A stretch of 64,000 nucleotides of DNA from an uncultured Candidatus Poseidoniales archaeon (GCA_902625885.1 CACODE010000001.1:26004-90003), one strand, 5' to 3'. Shown: positions 28,623 through 39,415, counted from the stretch's first letter. Notes: generated by a model not told the origin, from the letters alone. Numbers and translations: made by a program.

Positions 28623-29654
28623 GTGGCGTCCGAAATCAGCGTGTTGGTGACGGGGTTTGAGCCGTTTGGCGACCACCGCGAGAACATCAGTGAAAAAGTC
28701 GCTGAGATGGTGAACGGACAACGCAAGATTTCATGCCCTTGGACCGGTGAGGAGATCGATGTTAACGTGGAAACGACCAAACTGACCGTGGATGCGCAAG
28801 GGGCTCAACACACGGCACAACGGGTACGACAAGGGGCGAGATGGGACGCTATCCTTCACGTTGGTCTGTGCGAGCGTTGTGAAACGCCTCGAGTTGAACA
28901 ATTGGCTCGCGACCGGTTGGACATGCGCATTCCTGACAACGCTGGTCGGCAAATTAACGCAACACCGTTAGACGGCTATGGCCACAGGGGTTGCTGGATC
29001 GACGTTTCAATATGGGATGAGGCTCATTTTCCGACGCCTTACAGCCTCTCGCTTGATGCCGGTGGTTACCTCTGCAACGAAACGTACCACGCCACGATGA
29101 AAGCGTTGATGGAGGCGACGACGTCCCGACCAATTCCACCGCCGGTTCTCTTTTTGCACTTGCCTGACGAAGGCGTGGTATCCCTGCAAGAGGCTGTTGA
29201 GTTTGTTGAAGCCTGCCTCGGCTACATGTTGCGGCCGTACCCCAGAGAACCCACGCATGTTGTCGCTGGTTGCTTGCAAAACGCAGAAAGTCAAGTGCTC
29301 GTGGCCCAGAGAAGACGGGGGCACAATGATGCCGACTTGTGGGAGTTCCCCGGTGGAAAATGCGAGGTTCTTGAAAGCACAAACGAGGCCATAGAGCGGG
29401 AGTTGAGGGAAGAATTGGCTATTGTCCATGTTCCGACTCATGTCCTTGGTACATGGTACAGAGAAACCGTTGATGCCGCCTATGCAGTCCACCTCATCGG
29501 TGCCCAACCTATGGAAGCCGTGGGAGAAATGCGACTGGTCGATCATCAAGCCGTACGTTGGTTGACCCTCAAGACCAACCCTTCGCTGAACTGGGCAGGA
29601 AGAGATGGTGAGATGTTTTCTTTCTTGGGCGAGGTTCTCAAACCCAAGTCGTAG
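28623..29654 (+). CDS. Pyroglutamyl-peptidase I (C15) fused to a Nudix (MutT-like) hydrolase
   Basis: LVTGFEPFG, LHVG, VEQLA (Glu), AGGYLCN (Cys) and FLHLP (His); C-terminal Nudix box WEFPGGKCEVLESTNEAIERELREEL. Confidence 0.85.
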   Translation: MASEISVLVTGFEPFGDHRENISEKVAEMVNGQRKISCPWTGEEIDVNVETTKLTVDAQGAQHTAQRVRQGARWDAILHVGLCERCETPRVEQLARDRLDMRIPDNAGRQINATPLDGYGHRGCWIDVSIWDEAHFPTPYSLSLDAGGYLCNETYHATMKALMEATTSRPIPPPVLFLHLPDEGVVSLQEAVEFVEACLGYMLRPYPREPTHVVAGCLQNAESQVLVAQRRRGHNDADLWEFPGGKCEVLESTNEAIERELREELAIVHVPTHVLGTWYRETVDAAYAVHLIGAQPMEAVGEMRLVDHQAVRWLTLKTNPSLNWAGRDGEMFSFLGEVLKPKS

Positions 29655-30150
29655 ATTCTCCATCCTCGTCCATGCCGTGCTCGTCGTTAATGTGCCTCGG
29701 AATTTGGCTTCTGCCGGCGTGCCACGTCGCGGCTTGCAGCCAGTCGTCCAATCCATCCCCGGATATGGAGACCTGAACGACACCTCCAAGCGGCTCGTCC
29801 CCCGGTATGGGAAACGCAATTTTCCCTGCGAGGGCTGCAAGTCTGGAAAGGTGAAAGGTGGTTGATTTGCCGTTCAGCGACATCGACATTGCGTCGAGCG
29901 CCGTGTCCAAAATGCGCTGTTCGTGAAGCTGCTGGAGAAAAGGTCCCAGTGAAATGTCTTCAAAGGTCCACGTCAACGAAGTGGGCTTTCCAAAACAGGG
30001 TTCTTCCTCCGGTTCATGCTCAATGTCTGGGAACAACGATTGCACCGCTTCAAGCACCCGGCGTGGCGAGTCGGCGCCAGAAAGTGTTGTCCTGATTTGG
30101 GTGCTGAACCCCTCACCGATACCCGTTAATCGCAATCGGGGTCCATCCAT
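29638..30150 (-). CDS. Archaeal DUF54/UPF0201-like putative RNA-binding protein
   Basis: RVLEAVQSLFPD..LHEQRILDTA..FHLSRLAALAGKIAF..PLG pattern resembles the family. Confidence 0.65.
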   Translation of the reverse strand: MDGPRLRLTGIGEGFSTQIRTTLSGADSPRRVLEAVQSLFPDIEHEPEEEPCFGKPTSLTWTFEDISLGPFLQQLHEQRILDTALDAMSMSLNGKSTTFHLSRLAALAGKIAFPIPGDEPLGGVVQVSISGDGLDDWLQAATWHAGRSQIPRHINDEHGMDEDGESTTWV

Positions 30151-30239
30151 GCGCCTCCGAGTCGGTGGTTGTCAAAGAACATACTGCACGAGAGGCAGAT
30201 GAGGGAAGAGGTGAAAACCGTTGGTGAGAACAGAAGACC

Positions 30240-31277
30240 ATGGGTGAGGTCGCCAAATTGAGGTTGGCGACGGTCATCCCCGTTTTGAACGAGGTTGACT
30301 ACATCGAGGCCTGCCTAGATGGATTGTTGCATCAAACCATCGATCCAGCCTCGCACATGGTCCTCGTGCTCGATGGAGGCTCAATTGACGGCACACCCGC
30401 TTTGGTGGAACGCCTCATCGCCGAACATACTGGGCCTCAATGGCCGCAAGTCGTGCTCGTTGACAACCCAAACAAAACCGTGGCTCATGCACGCAATCTG
30501 GCCATGGAAATCCTGCCCGAAAGCGTGGAATACATGGTGGAAATGATTGGCCACGCGCAGGTTGACAGAAACCATCTGCAACAGCGTCTCGATGCTTGGG
30601 AGGCTTGCGAAAGCACTGCAGGAGAACGTCTGGCGGGTGTCGGTGTCCGCGTTGTCGGTGTGGAACAAACGACGTCTCAGGTCGCCGCTTGGGTTGACGG
30701 TGCGTTGGCGTCACCGCTGGGACGTAGCGGCGGGCAATTCAGCCAATTCACCTCCATCTCTGAAACATCAACGCCGGCTTTCGTGATGCACCGCCGGGCC
30801 TCGGTGGTTGCGGTGAACGGATGGGACGAAGATTTCCTGACCAGCCAAGACAGCGAACTGTCCATGCGCCTGATCAAAGCCGGTTTTGTGCTGCGCCGTC
30901 ATCCGCTTCCGGAGGTGATGATGCACAAAAGACGGCACCTCGGCAACTGGTGGAAAATGGGCCACAGGTACGGTTTCTGGCGGACGAAAGTGTTGCTAAA
31001 ACATCCCAAAAGAGCCAAGTGGCAGGAGTTCCTTCCTTTGTTGGGATTGCTACTTACGGGAAGCATGTTTCTTGTTGGTTCGCCGTTGTATTGGTTGCTA
31101 CCGGCATGCTACGGTCTGGCTTTGCTGCTGGCCGGTGTTCACCAAGCCGTCGTCCAGCCAAGGTTCTCAACACTTCTGGGGGTGCCCCTGTGCCTGTTGA
31201 TGCTTCATACCAGTTTCAGCCTCGGTTTGGTTGACGGGCTTGTGAGAAAGGGGCGACCATCATCTGACCGTGGATAA
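30240..31277 (+). CDS. Glycosyltransferase family 2 (ExoA-like)
   Basis: VIPVLNE, VLDGGSIDGT, ARN and GWDE..SQDSEL motifs; C-terminal TM helices. The DxD position reads IGH. Confidence 0.85.
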   Translation: MGEVAKLRLATVIPVLNEVDYIEACLDGLLHQTIDPASHMVLVLDGGSIDGTPALVERLIAEHTGPQWPQVVLVDNPNKTVAHARNLAMEILPESVEYMVEMIGHAQVDRNHLQQRLDAWEACESTAGERLAGVGVRVVGVEQTTSQVAAWVDGALASPLGRSGGQFSQFTSISETSTPAFVMHRRASVVAVNGWDEDFLTSQDSELSMRLIKAGFVLRRHPLPEVMMHKRRHLGNWWKMGHRYGFWRTKVLLKHPKRAKWQEFLPLLGLLLTGSMFLVGSPLYWLLPACYGLALLLAGVHQAVVQPRFSTLLGVPLCLLMLHTSFSLGLVDGLVRKGRPSSDRG

Positions 31278-31331
31278 ACACAAGAACTCAAGAGGCAAAT
31301 GCGTCATTAACAAAGAAAGAGGTTTGAGCGA

Positions 31332-32268
31332 TATGAAGAAAAACAGCACCCTGACAAAGAGGAGTCTCAGCGCTTTGCCGCTTCTTCTCATGGGTGCCAC
31401 TCACTTTTCGCTCCCTCCTTTGAAGCGCATCTTTGACCTCGAGCCTCGTTTGCTGTACGTCTGGTACCTGATTGCTTTGGCGCTGAGCGTTGTTGTCTAC
31501 CGACGCACCGCTGTTGTGAAGGATTTTGAGTACAACCGAGCCAAAGCGATGCGGAAAATAAAGCATGTTTACGAGGCAGAAGAACGGGGCGTGTGGTCAA
31601 CCGATGTCCATCTTGACGCCACCATGGACAAAACAACACAGTTGGGTCTTTCTCAACCCATCTCGGCTATTTCAGGTGAAGCTCCAGAAATGGAACTGGG
31701 GGAAGACAACAAGGTGGAAGTTCGGATGCTGAACGAAGCCGACCACATCGTGCGGGCCAACGCTCGGGTTTCAGGAAGCGCGAATTTTGAGGAAGAGCGC
31801 ATCACCGGCACCATTGGTGCTCAACGTCGGGTTGGCCCCATGGATCGCTTCCTGGATGGTGTTCTGGGTCTGTTCGGCATTGACAGCCGTGCCGACCGTG
31901 AAGCCCAACGTCAAGAGAGGCTTCGCCGAGCAGCCACCGCTACCCCCGTTACGGCCCAACGACCTGTCGCACCGATTCGACTGAACAAGGAACGGGATGA
32001 AGGCGAGGTGAACATGACTTCAATGAGCGATTCCGGCGGTGTTGAAACGGTGATGAGCACGTCAGGGCGGGTGGTTGACAGCACGACCACGGTTTCCAAC
32101 GAAGCACAGCAACCCACACCCGTGGAGTCACTTGAAAGCATGGCCATGATGGGCATGAAACCTTCTTCTGTCCCCGGCTTGACGACCACAGGCCCTGTCT
32201 GCAGGGGGTGCGAGGCTCCAGTTGCTCCAAATTTGCGTTTCTGCCCGCATTGCGGGCTTGACCTTTGA
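31332..32268 (+). CDS. Membrane protein with C-terminal zinc ribbon
   Basis: Two N-terminal hydrophobic segments; C-terminal CRGC..FCPHCG. Confidence 0.7.
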
Positions 32269-32324
32269 ATCGGAGGCGAGAGGTTCAAAACAGGTTTCAT
32301 ATCGTGCAAAGCGAGGACGGCAAG

Positions 32325-33449
32325 ATGAGCGACAAACGAGACTACTACGAGGTCTTGGGCGTTGAGAAATCTGCAAGCTCGGGCGACCTGAAGAACGCCT
32401 TTCGACGGTTGGCTCGTAAGTACCATCCAGACCGCAGCACAGAACAGGATGCTGAGGAGAAATTCAAAGAAATTCAGGAGGCGTATGCCGTTTTGTCCGA
32501 TGAGCAGAAGCGGACTCAGTACGACAGGTTTGGTCATAACGGCCCTCAAGGCTCTCCGTTTGGGGGTTTTGGTGGCGGTGGCTTCAACATCAACTTGGAA
32601 GACATCCTGGGTGGTGATTTTTTCTCCTCCTTTTTTGGTGGTGGCGGCCGAAGAAGGCGAACCAGCCGTGGTTCAGACATCCTCCTTCGGCATTCCATCG
32701 ACATGAGAGACGTCTACCTTGGCACTGAGCAAGAAGTGATTGTCGACCTTCCTGAGCCTTGCGATACGTGCCAGGGGACGGGCGCAAAAGATGGGAAATT
32801 GAAGACCTGTGCTACGTGCTCCGGTCAAGGTCAAGTGCGCGTTCGCCAGCAGGTTGGCCCCTTCATACAGGAAGCGGTTCAACCCTGTCGAGATTGCGGC
32901 GGTAAAGGAAAAACTGCGGACCAACCCTGCGCAGATTGCGACGGTATCGGTCGGCAGATGAAATCAAGCACGCTCAGGTTCAACGTCCCCGAGGGAGCGG
33001 AAAACGGCACAAGAATGCGTATGCGTGGAAAAGGGGAGCCTGCTCCGCAGGGGAACGGCGAGCCCGGAGACTTGTTCATCGAATTGGAGATCGAGCAGCA
33101 CGAATGGTTTGAACGGTCGGGTTCAGACCTCATCATGTCGTTGCCGCTTGGATACGCAGACCTTGTTCTGGGCACGACGGTCGAACTTGAGCACCTTGAT
33201 GGCAAAGCCCTCAGTATCAAAGTCCCACCTTATTCCAATTCCGGCGAGACCATCGAGATTCGTAAACGCGGCCTTCCCCGTCAACGTGGCGGAGGTCGGG
33301 GCGATGTGGTGGTCCTCCTGAAACTCCACATGCCGAAAAAAGTGGCAAAATCCGTACGAAAATCGCTTGACGATGTTCGCTCGGAGTTGGCACCGGGCGA
33401 CACGCTGACCAGCATTCGTGATGATGCGGAGGAACGCCGACGCTCATGA
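32325..33449 (+). CDS. dnaJ: Chaperone DnaJ
   Basis: J domain (DYYEVLGV, HPD), G/F-rich region, four CxxCxGxG motifs and the C-terminal domain. Confidence 0.97.
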   Translation: MSDKRDYYEVLGVEKSASSGDLKNAFRRLARKYHPDRSTEQDAEEKFKEIQEAYAVLSDEQKRTQYDRFGHNGPQGSPFGGFGGGGFNINLEDILGGDFFSSFFGGGGRRRRTSRGSDILLRHSIDMRDVYLGTEQEVIVDLPEPCDTCQGTGAKDGKLKTCATCSGQGQVRVRQQVGPFIQEAVQPCRDCGGKGKTADQPCADCDGIGRQMKSSTLRFNVPEGAENGTRMRMRGKGEPAPQGNGEPGDLFIELEIEQHEWFERSGSDLIMSLPLGYADLVLGTTVELEHLDGKALSIKVPPYSNSGETIEIRKRGLPRQRGGGRGDVVVLLKLHMPKKVAKSVRKSLDDVRSELAPGDTLTSIRDDAEERRRS

Positions 33450-35663
33450 ATCGGTGCTAAGCGTTTCAGGAATTCTTGCGGCGAACGGCTGTCCGTCCAT
33501 TCTTCCGTTGAACTCAATGTCCACTTTCGGTGCGGAACCCATCAAATCCACCAAGAGGTAGGTGTTTTGTCCCGGTCCCATGGTGTCCAGGAAAATCTCC
33601 TCTCCTTGGAACAAGAAACGTGGCTCGACATGAACCACTTCAAACGGTTCACCCTCAGGGGCGTCAAATCGGAGAGCGGCCAGGTCCCATTCGCCGTTGA
33701 GCACTTGTACGCCAACCACCACCGGCCAAGCACCCTCGTTCTTTGCGAGCCGTTTGTCCACGCTCCAAACCGCCAGAGCGAGGTCCTCCGTCCGATGCTC
33801 AATGCGTTTTGGACCCCATGCCTCAAGGCCGTCTTGCCAAGCCAGTTGCGAAACAGCATGGAGCGCTCTCGCGATGTCAACACGGGCTTCCTTGGCGCTG
33901 CTTTTTCCGCTGTTGAGCCTCTCGATGTACCAGGCCAGGCGGGCTTTTTTTGCAGCAACACCTTCAGCGAACGCTTTGGAACGCAGAATGTGCACGCCCA
34001 AGTAAACAACAGGCGCCAAAAACATCAATCCCATGAACCACCGGGCAACGTTGCCCCAATAAACCGCGTCTTCGCTGGGAGGGAACCACGGCTCATCGCC
34101 TTCGTCCATCAACGTGTAACCCGGTTGAACGACATAACGCCGCTCATCCACGTCTTCACCCCACAGATGTTGGGTCACCTGCGTGGCGTTTTGGTAGCGA
34201 ATTTGCAGGTAATGCGTCCCTCGACCGATCTGCAAGCCAATTCTCAGCTCATCACCGATCGGGCGGGTGATGTCAGTCGCTAGGACTTCGCCACTGTTTT
34301 GGTCAATGTCCCACATTTGCGCTTCCAGTCCGGTGATTTCTCCATCGATGGTAAACTGAACAAAGTGGATCGATTCGGACCATCCATCAACAACGATGCG
34401 ATAGGTATCCACCGTGTCGTGCACGGCAAGCGTAAATTCACCAGACATGGGGGCTGTAAGGTTGATTTCAGGCCAAGAGCTGTTGTCAACCTCGAGTTCC
34501 TTTGGCCAATATGAAGGCGCCTCGAGACCTGACAAATCAGAGAAATCATTTGTTGCGACCTCAACGGAAAAGACCGGTGTGTCTTGAACGCTGATACGAC
34601 CGGCAACAACATCAGGATAAGGGTAAATCACCGCTTCTTCACCCTCCGAGAGGTTCATCGGTGTGCCAGCCACCCATGCACCGTTGAGAAGTTGGTCAAC
34701 CGCAAAGTGAACGTCAGCGAGCGGTGAGTGCAGGGTCAATTGCTCGGTTTCGGACCAGTCAAAAGGGGCCGTTACGCTGTTGTGGCCGAGGATTTCGGCA
34801 CCTTCAGTCAGGTTAAGGCCAACGAGGGAATGAACCGTTGACTTTGGGTGCTGTATGATGTTTGCAGCCCAGACGGACCGGGCGGCCTCGGTCGAGGTCA
34901 CCGCCACAAACCGACCGTTTTCCGGAGCGGTCCAATAGTGCGCTTGGGCGTCGCTCGAGTTGAGAACAGCGTGCCTTTCAGCAGAGGAATGCACGCCACT
35001 GAGCACCAGTTCATCCGTCTCGTTTTGGAAGTAGAATTGCACATGCGTGGTGCGGGACGATGCGAGCCATTGCCACTCCAAGGTGTCGCCTTCCGAGACG
35101 TCCATGGTCAGGTGGTGGTCGGACGTTGAAGTGGACACGCCGGTGTGAAGAAAGGCGGTTTGGTTTGTCGCTGGTGGTTGCGTGGAGAGTGTTCCGCTTT
35201 CAGCAAGCACGCAGGCACTCATCGTGTCGCAGGTGTTGACGAGGGTGGTTGAGACGACGCTACCGGGTGCGGGCCGGTTTGGCTGTTGTTCGGTGTTGAT
35301 GCCTTTTACCGTCATCAATGCCATGGTTTGATCAAAGGTCGATGAGATGTTCAGAATGGCTTGTCCGCCCGTGGAGGATTCAATCTCAACCATTGTTGGG
35401 CCGTGTGAGATGACGGACAATTCATTGGAACCCTCGTCAACTTGCAGCGTGCATTGGTTGCATTCCCACGCCAGTAATGTTGGCGATTCGGCGATTAAAG
35501 GCGTTGTGTAAACTTTCGTCTGGTTGGCCTCCAGGTGGAGGCTATGCACGACATCTCCAGCAGGAAGCGCTTCACTTTGCGCGACGGCATGAACCGGAAA
35601 AAGAACGAGCAGCAGCAGCAGGGCCAGACCCGAGGCCCGTCGCTGCCCTGCTGACCAACCCAT
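33444..35663 (-). CDS. Single-pass membrane protein with extracellular beta domains and a cytoplasmic domain
   Basis: Signal peptide (VHAVA); PPC-like segment (DTVDTYRI..GTHYLQI); TM around aa 545-560; ~170-aa C-terminal domain. Confidence 0.7.
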   Translation of the reverse strand: MGWSAGQRRASGLALLLLLVLFPVHAVAQSEALPAGDVVHSLHLEANQTKVYTTPLIAESPTLLAWECNQCTLQVDEGSNELSVISHGPTMVEIESSTGGQAILNISSTFDQTMALMTVKGINTEQQPNRPAPGSVVSTTLVNTCDTMSACVLAESGTLSTQPPATNQTAFLHTGVSTSTSDHHLTMDVSEGDTLEWQWLASSRTTHVQFYFQNETDELVLSGVHSSAERHAVLNSSDAQAHYWTAPENGRFVAVTSTEAARSVWAANIIQHPKSTVHSLVGLNLTEGAEILGHNSVTAPFDWSETEQLTLHSPLADVHFAVDQLLNGAWVAGTPMNLSEGEEAVIYPYPDVVAGRISVQDTPVFSVEVATNDFSDLSGLEAPSYWPKELEVDNSSWPEINLTAPMSGEFTLAVHDTVDTYRIVVDGWSESIHFVQFTIDGEITGLEAQMWDIDQNSGEVLATDITRPIGDELRIGLQIGRGTHYLQIRYQNATQVTQHLWGEDVDERRYVVQPGYTLMDEGDEPWFPPSEDAVYWGNVARWFMGLMFLAPVVYLGVHILRSKAFAEGVAAKKARLAWYIERLNSGKSSAKEARVDIARALHAVSQLAWQDGLEAWGPKRIEHRTEDLALAVWSVDKRLAKNEGAWPVVVGVQVLNGEWDLAALRFDAPEGEPFEVVHVEPRFLFQGEEIFLDTMGPGQNTYLLVDLMGSAPKVDIEFNGRMDGQPFAARIPETLSTDS

Positions 35664-35746
35664 GACCCTGCGTGCCGGCGGACGCTTTCAAATCCACCCT
35701 TTCTTTGGTTCAAACTCTTCAAGAAGCCACGCCTACACGAGGGTTC

Positions 35747-37525
35747 ATGGCCGGTGCATTGGGGCGTACAGTCTTGCATCGTGAGCGCTACGCTCGTATT
35801 TGGGGGTTGGGCGACAGGAAATCGCCGTCTTCAATTACGCCCGCTCTCATGCTTATGGAAGAGGACCCCGCTCTGGAGGTGGCACATGCTCCGTTTTCGT
35901 TTTCCACCACCGCATCCTTGCCTTCCACGCTGTCCGTCGCTTCCCGGGGTTGTTTTGTGCCGCCGTCCTTTGAAACGGTAGGGCCAGAATACGAGGTAAA
36001 CCTGGGTCATGTGCTTCCGCCATCGTTGGAGGATGCGAACGCAGGTGAAGTGCAGGGCACCTCGCCCCTGCTACCTGTCTCATGGCAACGAATGAACCAT
36101 GATGATGGACTGACAGACCCTTCATTGTTGCCTGAAATCGTCGTGATCACGGACGCCTTGCAACTGGCCAGCCAACCGGGTAAACTGCCGAAGGCTGTGC
36201 TCACGCTCAAGCACCGTTTCCCCGGCGCCCTGCTTTGGGCTCCCGGTTTGTCTGGACCTGACAACGTCGCCGTTCTTGCCTCAATGGGTATCGACTTGTT
36301 TGATCTGACGCGCTGTCGCGAGGCAGCTGCCAACGATGTGTTGTTGACGGCCTGGGGTCCAAGATTGGCACACCCCCACGAGGACACGACGCTGGCGTCT
36401 CAAGTAAGGCACATGATTCAGTCCATCGAAGAAGTGCGGGCAGCGATACAAAGCGGACAGTTGAGAACGCTCGCTACCCGTCAGAGTCAGTCAAGCCCGA
36501 GGCTCGTGGAACATTTGCGCAGGCATCATGAGTTGATGCATCAGCACGACGGCAATTTGGCCTCGCATCGGCCTGCATCTACTGAATTCCCGTGCTACGC
36601 CCCACAAGCCCTGACGGATCCGCTCGTGGTTGATTGGGAATCGTTCATGGTTGAGCGGTACGAAACGCCGAGCCCCGTCCGAGAGGTGATGGTGCTGCTT
36701 CCGTGCTCGGCCAGAAAGCCATACAGGCTCTCAAAGTCCCACACCCAATTCCTTCGGGCCATGGCTTCTACCGGCTGTCATGAGGTGATGATGACGTCAC
36801 CTCTCGGCCTGGTACCTCGCGACTTGGAAGACGTTTGGCCCGCTGCCAACTACGACGTTCCAGTGACGGGCGATTGGTCGGAGGATGAATTGGCTCGAGT
36901 TCGTCGCATGCTTCATGCGCTCGTCCAACGAACCGGTTATCGCCGCATCATCAATCACACAGAATTGAATCTTGACTTTCTCGAGACCGATGTGGTCAAC
37001 ACGAGGCAGGGGGACGGTGCCACCAGTCACGAGGCCCTCAATCGTCTGTCGCAGGCCGTTAAGGAGGCCAAAGCCGTGTTTTCCCTGCGCAATCAGAAGA
37101 ACAATTTACGGTTGAAAGAACACTTCAAAAGCATTGCAAGAAAGACCACCCTAACGGATGCTTGGTGCGAAGATTTGGTTGTACGTGGCAAACTGCCAAG
37201 GTGGCGGTTGGAACTCAACGGTGTTCAAATCGCCGTTTGGTCGATCGATAGGAACGGGTTCTCGTTCTCAAAAAGTGCCATCGACCATCTTCACCAACAC
37301 GCTGCCTTGCGAGCGGTGCACCTGAAGGACGATGCCGCTTGGAAAGGCGACGTCTTTGCTTCGCTGGTGAAAGTGGCCGATGCAGGCATTCGAACAGGGG
37401 ACGATTTGCGGGTGCTTCAAAACGGCGAGTGCATCGGGCTTGCCAGAGCCGTTGCTTCGGGTTGGGAGTGGAAAGGTACGCCCGGCACCCTTGCAAAATC
37501 GCATCAGCGAAAGAAAAAATCCTGA
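35747..37525 (+). CDS. arcS: Archaeosine synthase ArcS (TgtA2)-like with PUA domain
   Basis: TGT-like N-terminus (MGIDLFD); LLPCSARKPYRLSKSH; TSPLGLVPRDLE..YDVPVTGDW; C-terminal PUA domain. Confidence 0.85.
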   Translation: MAGALGRTVLHRERYARIWGLGDRKSPSSITPALMLMEEDPALEVAHAPFSFSTTASLPSTLSVASRGCFVPPSFETVGPEYEVNLGHVLPPSLEDANAGEVQGTSPLLPVSWQRMNHDDGLTDPSLLPEIVVITDALQLASQPGKLPKAVLTLKHRFPGALLWAPGLSGPDNVAVLASMGIDLFDLTRCREAAANDVLLTAWGPRLAHPHEDTTLASQVRHMIQSIEEVRAAIQSGQLRTLATRQSQSSPRLVEHLRRHHELMHQHDGNLASHRPASTEFPCYAPQALTDPLVVDWESFMVERYETPSPVREVMVLLPCSARKPYRLSKSHTQFLRAMASTGCHEVMMTSPLGLVPRDLEDVWPAANYDVPVTGDWSEDELARVRRMLHALVQRTGYRRIINHTELNLDFLETDVVNTRQGDGATSHEALNRLSQAVKEAKAVFSLRNQKNNLRLKEHFKSIARKTTLTDAWCEDLVVRGKLPRWRLELNGVQIAVWSIDRNGFSFSKSAIDHLHQHAALRAVHLKDDAAWKGDVFASLVKVADAGIRTGDDLRVLQNGECIGLARAVASGWEWKGTPGTLAKSHQRKKKS

Positions 37526-37597
37526 CCTTTCCGTACCTCTCTCTGGCGGAGTGGTTAAGAAGGGGAGATAAGTCGCAAAGTCGCTTGGTGAAGTGAA

Positions 37598-38056
37598 ATG
37601 GCACGCATGTACAAGTCAAGGAAAGGCCAGAGTGGCTCAACACGACCGCACGTGACGGAGGCTCCTGAATGGTCCAACACCGACAAAGAAGCCGTTGAGG
37701 CCCTCGTTCTTGATCTCGCAAAATCCGGACTGTCCACCGCACAAATTGGAACGATTCTCCGAGACGAACACGCTGTCCCAAACGCACGCCTTGTGCTCGG
37801 AAAGCGAATTGGCCAGTACTTGGCTGAGCAAGACATGCTGGGTACCTACCCAGAGGACATGATGAACCTCATGCGCCAAGCCGTGGCCATCATCAACCAC
37901 CTCGGTTCCGGTAACCACAAAGACATTCACAACAAGCGCGCTTTGGAAATCACCGAAGCGAAAATTCGTCGTCTCGCCTCCTACTACATCGGCGAGAAGC
38001 GATTGCCGAGCGACTGGCGCTACAAGCGAGACGAGTTGCGCCTCATGGTCGAGTGA
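37598..38056 (+). CDS. rps15: 30S ribosomal protein uS15 (archaeal S15/S13e)
   Basis: MARMYKSRKGQSGSTRP..IGTILRD..PEDM..KDIHNKRAL..EAKIRRL..LPSDWRY. Confidence 0.97.
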   Translation: MARMYKSRKGQSGSTRPHVTEAPEWSNTDKEAVEALVLDLAKSGLSTAQIGTILRDEHAVPNARLVLGKRIGQYLAEQDMLGTYPEDMMNLMRQAVAIINHLGSGNHKDIHNKRALEITEAKIRRLASYYIGEKRLPSDWRYKRDELRLMVE

Positions 38057-38115
38057 TTCAACTGTTGGAACGAACACCTTCTTGAGGCGGGTGTTCCTGC
38101 TAAGCATGAACCAAC

Positions 38116-39039
38116 ATGCGAGATGTGCTTGCAACACCGGTCTTTGAATCGGTTGCCAATTTGCTTACCCAGTACGGTCCGAGATTGGTAGAAGCAGAGA
38201 TGGTGCACATCACCGGTCCGGCCACGCTTGAGGGTGTTCTCGCCATCGGCCAGCTTGAAGCTGCCTGCCTTGATGTTGGCGTGAAATACAGGCGTCGTTT
38301 CTTCACACCACGTCACCATCTGCCGCGCGATGCAGACGTGGCTTGGGAAGTCAGCAGCAGCGGCTTGACGGTCGTGTTGGATGCTGAAGCGTCGACGTGG
38401 GAGGTTGGCGACTTGCAAGAACATGCCCACGTCCATGTGGTTCCTCTTGCGACAACGGTTGAACTCGGTTCGGCGCAACGTCGCCTCGGCGGTGCGGTAG
38501 ATGCCGTCGCGCAGGCTGCCTCTATCGCAGCGTCGCTGGCACCCAACGGCCGTCGCGTCCGGAAACTTCGGCCGTTCATCTCTCTCGGTTTGTGGTTGCG
38601 AGCGGGTCTCGACACGAACATGGACCCGATTCACACGCTGCTGGTCAATCATCTCAGAGACGAGGGGACGCTTCGTGTTGTTCCTCTTCCGGAGGTTTCG
38701 AACCCCTCTGTTGAGATGATGCCGGGGTTGTCTCAGCGGCAATTGAATCGCCTGCGACGGGCATGGCCAACGATGGACGTGGAGCAGCGAAGCATGGCCC
38801 TGAGTGAACTCATCCTGCCGTGCCTCACCGAACCCGAACTTTCCACCCCTCGACTTGAGGCTCTGGCTTGGCATCGCATGGTCGTTGGTGATGGCGAAAA
38901 GGATCTGGTCAGTCAGCTTCACGAAGTGAAAAAGGCTTGGCCCTCGGACGCCGACGCAGGTCGCGTGTTCGGTTCGACGCTGCTGGACACCTGGCTCCAG
39001 ACCGGAGAATTATCGGTACCTGCTCAAGCGACGGATTGA
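38116..39039 (+). CDS. Degenerate RecJ/DHH-family (GAN-like) protein
   Basis: Sits directly after rps15, a conserved archaeal position for RecJ-like genes. Motif I remnant HITGPATLEGV; no recognisable DHH motif. Confidence 0.5.
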   Translation: MRDVLATPVFESVANLLTQYGPRLVEAEMVHITGPATLEGVLAIGQLEAACLDVGVKYRRRFFTPRHHLPRDADVAWEVSSSGLTVVLDAEASTWEVGDLQEHAHVHVVPLATTVELGSAQRRLGGAVDAVAQAASIAASLAPNGRRVRKLRPFISLGLWLRAGLDTNMDPIHTLLVNHLRDEGTLRVVPLPEVSNPSVEMMPGLSQRQLNRLRRAWPTMDVEQRSMALSELILPCLTEPELSTPRLEALAWHRMVVGDGEKDLVSQLHEVKKAWPSDADAGRVFGSTLLDTWLQTGELSVPAQATD

Positions 39040-39049
39040 AACCATAGAA

Positions 39050-39415
39050 GTGCGTCGACGCATCATGGCGATTGAGCGCTTGTTGACCGGCAGCATCCAG
39101 AACCAAATACAGGAATTGATGTCCACGGAAGATTTGGTCATCGAGGCTTTTCGAGATCTCGTGAAGGATGAACTCAAGAGTCACATAAGGGCCAAGGTCG
39201 ACGAGGACCCAGAGCTCAAAGCCGAAATAAAGGAAGCCGTGGCCTACTATTTCCACTCAAAAGCTCGAAGCATTTACGCCGAACTCAAGGCTACGAGAGC
39301 GGCAACGAGGCTTGGGCTTCGTCTTCTCCCTGATGAACTTCAGGGCGAGGTTGGTGAAGCCTTGGTGACCTTGTTCGAAAAGGAGCTCGGGGCACTTCTT
39401 GAGAAGGCACTTTGA
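39050..39415 (+). CDS. Hypothetical helical protein
   Basis: 121-aa ORF in the apparent operon after the RecJ-like gene. Confidence 0.65.
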   Translation: MRRRIMAIERLLTGSIQNQIQELMSTEDLVIEAFRDLVKDELKSHIRAKVDEDPELKAEIKEAVAYYFHSKARSIYAELKATRAATRLGLRLLPDELQGEVGEALVTLFEKELGALLEKAL

